From positions 1,706 through 65,705 of IMG/VR virus record IMGVR_UViG_3300042542_003356: 64,000 nucleotides of DNA. One strand, 5' to 3'. This DNA is from a virus (lineage: Duplodnaviria > Caudoviricetes). Position numbers and translations under genes: made by a program. A model generated the notes under the pieces. That model saw only the letters and a list, made by a program, of their open reading frames with translations. It did not search any database and had not been told where the DNA came from. The number at the start of each line of letters is the position of its first letter. Positions within the stretch are counted from its first letter, which is position 1. This document shows positions 59,355 to 64,000 of the stretch, piece by piece.

Positions 59355-62300
59355 TTATCCTCCGAAAATTAATGATATTGCAAACATTTTATTCACCGTT
59401 ACATTACTAGAACCGCCAGATCCCCCACCAGATATATTGCTATTAAGCGCAGTGTAAGTGTTATAAATGTTAGCAGTTAAAGTTAAATAAGTACCATAGT
59501 CATTAGATTGGGCTGCTAGTAGTGTGTTATAGTCATTAGATTGGGCTGCTAGTAGTGTGTTATAGTCATTGGCACGTGCACTGAGAAGTGTAACGCCGTC
59601 ATTAGCAAGAATATCTACACCATTTAGAGTAGAACCTTCTGGAAAAGATAGACTAGCCCCAGAGCTAGAGAGTGCAGCGTCTCCTAAAAAGATAGTAGCA
59701 CCTTTAACCCAAATATTTGCCCATCTAGCACTTTCGGACCCAAGACTATAAGTGGTGTTTGCTTGAGGAATTATGTCTCTACTATAAACCGTACTATCAA
59801 AATATTTATCTGCGGTAAATCTGGCAACGCTATTAGCTAATACATAAGTAAGAGAGTTATAATCATTAGCTCTAGCCTCTGCAAGAGTAACTCCGTCGTT
59901 AGCTAAAGTATTAAGATATGCTAAAAAGTCGTTTATAATTGCAGCAGATAATGTGTTATAATCATTAGCATATGCAGAAATTAAAGTAGAATGATCATTC
60001 CCTTGAGCGCTATTCCACGTTACAAGGTCATTGGCACGTGCACTCAATAAGGTAGAGTGGTCATTGCCTTGCGCGCTGTTCCACGTTGCAAAGTCATTGG
60101 CACGCGCGCTAAGAAGAGTAGAGTGGTCATTGCCTTGAGCGCTATTCCACGTGGATAGGTCATTAGCACGCGCACTCAATAAGGTAGAGTGGTCATTGCC
60201 TTGAGCGCTGTTCCACGTTGCAAGGTCATTAGCACGCGCACTCAATAAGGTAGAGTGGTCATTACCCTGAGCACTATTCCAGGTTAAAAGGTCATTTGAT
60301 AAAGCTGCAAGATAGGTGTTATAGTCATTACTATAGACAAGTATCTCAACATTAGTTTCTGCTCCGGCCTGTATTAATAAATAAGTGTTATATATGTTGG
60401 CTGTAAGTGTTAAATAAGTAGACCAATCATTAGCATAAGCACTCAACAGGGTAGAATGATCATTGCCTTGAGCGCTGTTCCATGTTACAAGGTCATTGGC
60501 ACGTGCACTAAGAAGAGTAGAATGGTCATTACCCTGCGCGCTGTTCCACGTTACAAGGTCATTAGCGCGAGCACTCAATAAGGTAGAGTGGTCATTGCCT
60601 TGAGCACTGTTCCACGTTACAAGGTCATTAGCACGCGCAGATAAAAGAGTAGAGTGGTCATTACCCTGCGCGCTGTTCCACGTTACAAGGTCATTAGCAC
60701 GCGCACTCAATAAGGTAGAGTGGTCATTACCCTGAGCACTATTCCATGTTGCAAAGTCATTGGCACGCGCTGCTAAAAGAGTGTTCCAATCGTTAGCGCT
60801 AGCATCTGTACTATCTATTTGACCTTGTAGTGCGAGATAAGTCGCATAGTCGTTGGCTAATGCAGCCTGATAAGTAGTTAAATCGTTGGCACGTGCACTT
60901 AACAGAGTAGCGTGATCATTACCTTGAGCGCTGTTCCATGTAGCTAGATCGTTAGCCTGGGCAGCAAGGTAAGTTGCATAATCATTAGATCTAGCTGCTA
61001 AAAGAGTGTTCCAATCGTTAGCGCTAGCATCTGTACTATCTATTTGACCTTGCAGAGCAAGATAAGTTGCATAATCGTTGGCTAATGCAGCCTGATAAGT
61101 CGCATAATCGTTGGCACGTGCACTTAACAGAGTAGCGTGATCATTACCTTGAGCGCTGTTCCACGTTACAAGGTCGTTGGCACGAGCAGATAAAAGAGTA
61201 GAGTGGTCATTGCCTTGCGCGCTGTTCCACGTTACAAGGTCATTAGCGCGAGCATTGAGTAGAGTAACCCCATCATTACTCTGTGCATTAAGATAGGTAG
61301 CCCAATCATTGGCACGTGCTGTTTGTAAAGTATTCCAATCATTGGCCCTTGCTAGATCTAAGGTAACACCGTCATTGGCTCGAGCTTCTACTAAAGTATT
61401 CCAATCATTAGCATGTGCATTGACTAAGGTTGCGTAGTCATTAACAATCGCAGCAGATAAGGTTGTATAGTCATTGGCCTGCGCGTTGAGATATGTAACA
61501 TGGTCATTCTGACGTGCAGAGAGTAGGGTAGCACCGTCGTTAGCTTGAGCTGTAAGTAAAGTTGACCAGTCATTTGCTTGAGCTGCAAGTAAGGTTGACC
61601 AGTCATTTGCTAAAGCAGCTTGATAAGTATTCCAATCATTAGAATATACAATGCTAGTGGTTACTCCACTAACATTTTGTAAAGTGGAATAAGTATTGTA
61701 GATATTAGCGGTAAGAGTTAGATACGTTGAGTAGTCATTACTACGAGCCTCTAGGAGTGTAGCGCCGTCATTAGCCTGAGCAGCTAACCACGTTGAGTAG
61801 TCATTACTACGAGCCTCTAGGAGTGTAGCGCCGTCATTAGCCTGAGCAGCTAACCACGTTGAGTAGTCATTCGCTATAGCCGCTTGATAGGTAGCCCAAT
61901 CATTACTACGAGCCTCTAGGAGTGTAGCGCCGTCATTAGCCTGAGCAGCTAACCACGTTGAGTAGTCATTACTACGAGCCTCTAGGAGTGTAGCGCCGTC
62001 ATTAGCCTGAGCAGCTAACCACGTTGAGTAGTCATTAGCCTGAGCGCTGAGTAAGGTAGCACCATCGTTACCGCGTAATTCAACTAACGTTGAATAGTCA
62101 TTCGCTAGTGCCGCTTGATAGGTAGCCCAATCGTTAGCATAGACAAGAGCAAGGTCTGCTCCACCGCCGCCGCCTCCTCCGCCGCCGGCTAAGGCTATAT
62201 AAGTAGCATAGTCGTTGGCATAGGCAGCTAGGAGCAGGTTATAGTCGTTAGCACGGGTAGATGCTAAGATAGTGGTAAGGTTAGCACGAGATGTGACACC

Positions 62301-62381
62301 GCTTTGCACCACAGGAACAAAACTGTTGGCCAATACAGTGCTTAAGGCTTGAAGTTGACTGATCTTTACATTAGCGGCCAC
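59355..62381 (-). CDS. long fibre protein made mostly of 11-aa ND repeats
   Basis: KISQL N-terminus, many NDxxT repeats and the IIP....YSLGS...RW fibre motif; GTG start. Confidence 0.75.
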   Translation of the reverse strand: MAANVKISQLQALSTVLANSFVPVVQSGVTSRANLTTILASTRANDYNLLLAAYANDYATYIALAGGGGGGGGGADLALVYANDWATYQAALANDYSTLVELRGNDGATLLSAQANDYSTWLAAQANDGATLLEARSNDYSTWLAAQANDGATLLEARSNDWATYQAAIANDYSTWLAAQANDGATLLEARSNDYSTWLAAQANDGATLLEARSNDYSTYLTLTANIYNTYSTLQNVSGVTTSIVYSNDWNTYQAALANDWSTLLAAQANDWSTLLTAQANDGATLLSARQNDHVTYLNAQANDYTTLSAAIVNDYATLVNAHANDWNTLVEARANDGVTLDLARANDWNTLQTARANDWATYLNAQSNDGVTLLNARANDLVTWNSAQGNDHSTLLSARANDLVTWNSAQGNDHATLLSARANDYATYQAALANDYATYLALQGQIDSTDASANDWNTLLAARSNDYATYLAAQANDLATWNSAQGNDHATLLSARANDLTTYQAALANDYATYLALQGQIDSTDASANDWNTLLAARANDFATWNSAQGNDHSTLLSARANDLVTWNSAQGNDHSTLLSARANDLVTWNSAQGNDHSTLLSARANDLVTWNSAQGNDHSTLLSARANDLVTWNSAQGNDHSTLLSAYANDWSTYLTLTANIYNTYLLIQAGAETNVEILVYSNDYNTYLAALSNDLLTWNSAQGNDHSTLLSARANDLATWNSAQGNDHSTLLSARANDLSTWNSAQGNDHSTLLSARANDFATWNSAQGNDHSTLLSARANDLVTWNSAQGNDHSTLISAYANDYNTLSAAIINDFLAYLNTLANDGVTLAEARANDYNSLTYVLANSVARFTADKYFDSTVYSRDIIPQANTTYSLGSESARWANIWVKGATIFLGDAALSSSGASLSFPEGSTLNGVDILANDGVTLLSARANDYNTLLAAQSNDYNTLLAAQSNDYGTYLTLTANIYNTYTALNSNISGGGSGGSSNVTVNKMFAISLIFGG
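59990..62060. repeat. 33/66-bp coding tandem repeats (ND repeats)
   Basis: Near-identical 66-bp units, e.g. 61741-61870. Related units occur at ~4190-5070 and ~56170-56700. Confidence 0.85.
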
Positions 62382-62384
62382 CGG

Positions 62385-62546
62385 TTATCCTCTAGGTTGT
62401 TCTAATGTTAAGTATACACCATCTTCTGTGACTAAGACTAGTTGATCTTCCGTCTGTGTAATGGATATACCGCCACCAAGAATGGCTAAGCGACGTTTTA
62501 CAGGCTCACTAAGAGATCTAAGAGCTTGAGAGAGACTACGTCTCAT
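62385..62546 (-). CDS. 53-aa hypothetical protein with an LVTEDG motif
   Basis: Translated by hand: MRRSLSQALRSLSEPVKRRLAILGGG...LVTEDGVYLTLEQPRG; coupled to its neighbours. Confidence 0.6.
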   Translation of the reverse strand: MRRSLSQALRSLSEPVKRRLAILGGGISITQTEDQLVLVTEDGVYLTLEQPRG

Positions 62547-62891
62547 TTATTCAAACTCGGTCACATAGAACTGAACAACAGTTGTAGGGTCTACAAGTCT
62601 TACTGCCATGTAACGATGTCTATCTTGCGTACCAGGTGTTCCTACGTTAACCATGAGCGGAACTCCCTCAGCAAGGAAATGAGCATTAGCTCCTTGGCTA
62701 GTTTGTGTGTCTTCAAAACCACCTTGATAGAATACACTACCACCACTAGCTACAAGACCTATAACTATAGTCTCACTAGCCCAAGGGCCTAAAACCTGAT
62801 CGGCTTCTGTAACTGTAACAGTATGAGCGCGACTAATTCTAGGACGTAAAAGTGAAATGGGACCATATCGGTCTATTCCAAAACCTGCCAT
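62547..62891 (-). CDS. hypothetical (probable virion) protein
   Basis: 114-aa ORF coupled to TerS, with a GGAG SD. Confidence 0.65.
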   Translation of the reverse strand: MAGFGIDRYGPISLLRPRISRAHTVTVTEADQVLGPWASETIVIGLVASGGSVFYQGGFEDTQTSQGANAHFLAEGVPLMVNVGTPGTQDRHRYMAVRLVDPTTVVQFYVTEFE

Positions 62892-63331
62892 TATTTCTCC
62901 ATTAGGTCTTGCATAAGGCTATCATAGTTATTAACCTGCACAGCTACAGTAGGACCTTTTTGTTGCGGACGAGCTGACTTATCCATATCCTGGAGTAGAC
63001 GTAGCCACTCAAGGAGATCTTTCTTAGTATATTCTTCCCCAAGAGCAACATCTTGGATCTTCTTTTCTATCACTTGATTAATCAATTGGATTCTTTTGAA
63101 TCTGTTGAGAAATCCTTGTGATAAGTAGACTTGATCCACATATTGCTTAACCTCTCGGCGATCTAAAACCTGTGCAACCCGGTCCTCACTTATATTGAAC
63201 TGGGTGGCAATAGTTTGAATTGTGTCTCCCTCGATATGGCGGTTTGCTATACCGAGTAGAACAGGATCTATTTCTGGGGCTTCAAGAGAGCGATTAAGCA
63301 CATCGCGGGTAGAGATTTCATTCATACTCAT
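62891..63331 (-). CDS. terminase small subunit (T5-like)
   Basis: IAN....G......VL.RREVK.Y.D.VYL..G..N, KDL, and C-terminal NY..LM..L. True start may be the second ATG at 63325. Confidence 0.75.
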   Translation of the reverse strand: MSMNEISTRDVLNRSLEAPEIDPVLLGIANRHIEGDTIQTIATQFNISEDRVAQVLDRREVKQYVDQVYLSQGFLNRFKRIQLINQVIEKKIQDVALGEEYTKKDLLEWLRLLQDMDKSARPQQKGPTVAVQVNNYDSLMQDLMEK

Positions 63332-63370
63332 ACACTAGCACGGGGCCGAGAGGTGGTCAATTTTTTTTTA
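63332..63370 (-). promoter_or_regulatory. promoter for TerS with an A-tract UP element
   Basis: A-tract, TTGACC, 17 bp spacer, TAGTGT; the second ATG (63325) lies 6 nt after the -10 box. Confidence 0.6.
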
Positions 63371-63486
63371 TTTGCACGGGCGTTTGCACAAGCGTTTGCA
63401 CAAGCGTATGCACGGACGTATGCACGGAGGTCAAGACTGCACAAGCGTTTGCACGGAGGTCAAGATTGCACGGAGTGCATAAACGC
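63371..63486. repeat. non-coding TGCAC-core repeat array (12/17-bp spacing)
   Basis: TGCAC at 63373, 63385, 63397, 63409, 63421, 63438, 63450 and 63467, plus TGCAT at 63476. Confidence 0.85.
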
Positions 63487-63635
63487 TGGTAACGTTTGCT
63501 AGGCTCAGCCTATGGCGGGAAGTCTTAAAAAAGTCAAAAAATTTCCCTGGTCAAGGCTCTGGAGAGGAGCGATGAGACCGATTGAAAAAGCAAGTCCTCG
63601 GAACCGCCCCGGTCTAGATTCAATTTCGATTTCGA

Positions 63636-63824
63636 TCATCCACCCGACTCCTTGATCTTCGCGACGTCCTTCGCGAGCTGGTCCGCGATCCACCTATGCT
63701 CGACGCTCGACTCGGGGATCGCGCGAAGCGCCGTGTCGAGATAGGCGAGGAGTCGGCCGCAAAGCTCCGGGTCCTTACGCATGGCGATGAATGTGACCTG
63801 ATCGAGGAGATTGAGGGACTTCAT
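63636..63824 (-). CDS. small hypothetical protein in the GC-rich segment
   Basis: AAAGGAG SD before the ATG; 62 aa. Confidence 0.7.
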   Translation of the reverse strand: MKSLNLLDQVTFIAMRKDPELCGRLLAYLDTALRAIPESSVEHRWIADQLAKDVAKIKESGG

Positions 63825-63869
63825 GTTAGACTCCTTTGTTTGCGTTGTGGGAAGGTAGCGCCCGCCGCA

Positions 63870-64000
63870 TTAGGCGGGCTGGATCGCCACCATCCTGTCG
63901 AAAAAGAAACCCTTCCACGCCTGCGCGTCAAGGTCGAAGACCGCGATCAGGTTGCCCTGATCCTTCCGCGTGTCCGTACCCTTGACGGCACCGGGCGGGA
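63870..64000 (-). CDS. partial ORF (C-terminus), WYL_2/DUF2693-like SH3 fold
   Basis: Translated by hand: ...GNLIAVFDLDAQAWKGFFFDRMVAIQPA*, similar to the V.D.....WRSF motif; truncated by the window edge. Confidence 0.5.
   Translation of the reverse strand, partial: PPGAVKGTDTRKDQGNLIAVFDLDAQAWKGFFFDRMVAIQPA

Noticed and set aside
59990-62060. Diversity-generating retroelement TR/VR pair among the fibre repeats
   Set aside because: No reverse transcriptase is in the window, and the differences are mostly synonymous rather than adenine-specific.
63371-63486. Possible CRISPR array
   Set aside because: The units are only 12-17 bp, there are no unique spacers, and no cas genes are present.
63505-63693. 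62-aa minus-strand ORF
   Set aside because: It overlaps the better-supported ORF 63636-63824 out of frame, has no SD, and runs through a probable regulatory region.
1-64000. Stop-codon recoding, suspected because TAG/CTAG words are common
   Set aside because: Long genes are intact in the standard code, and TAG ends some ORFs at sensible places (22618, 42777, 57333).
1-64000. tRNA genes
   Set aside because: No cloverleaf or T-loop consensus was seen in the few intergenic gaps. tRNAscan-SE would be needed to exclude them.

Overview
This window is part of a T5-like (Demerecviridae-like) siphophage genome, probably from an aquatic host. The first 2.3 kb on the + strand holds the end of the replication and nucleotide module: a D15-type flap endonuclease, dUTPase and ThyX. 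It converges at a bidirectional terminator with a ~61 kb minus-strand late region. In transcription order that region encodes TerS, a ~28 kb insert, TerL, portal, a protease-capsid fusion with an internal capsid start, neck and tail completion proteins, the tail tube, frameshifted tail chaperones, tape measure, a lambda-like M/L/K/I/J tail tip, side fibres and a cluster of small, mostly basic proteins. The insert has two parts. One is a fibre/adhesin module with 11-aa 'ND' repeat coiled coils and two gp38-like glycine-rich adhesins, each followed by a 2OG-Fe(II) oxygenase. The other is an AT-rich ~15.5 kb island with seven SGGxDS PP-loop ATPases mixed with TctA/TctC, an ABC peptide-binding protein, GNAT, an Ldh_2-like protein, a fatty-acid hydroxylase and a sulfotransferase. 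Other unusual points are a Hint domain inside the J-like hub, a split and duplicated JAB/NlpC/ubiquitin-like tail module, a predicted pseudoknotted RNA after the tail tube gene, apparently leaderless promoters, and a TGCAC repeat array at an abrupt GC shift near the right end. All assignments come from motif recognition and gene order; no database searches were run.
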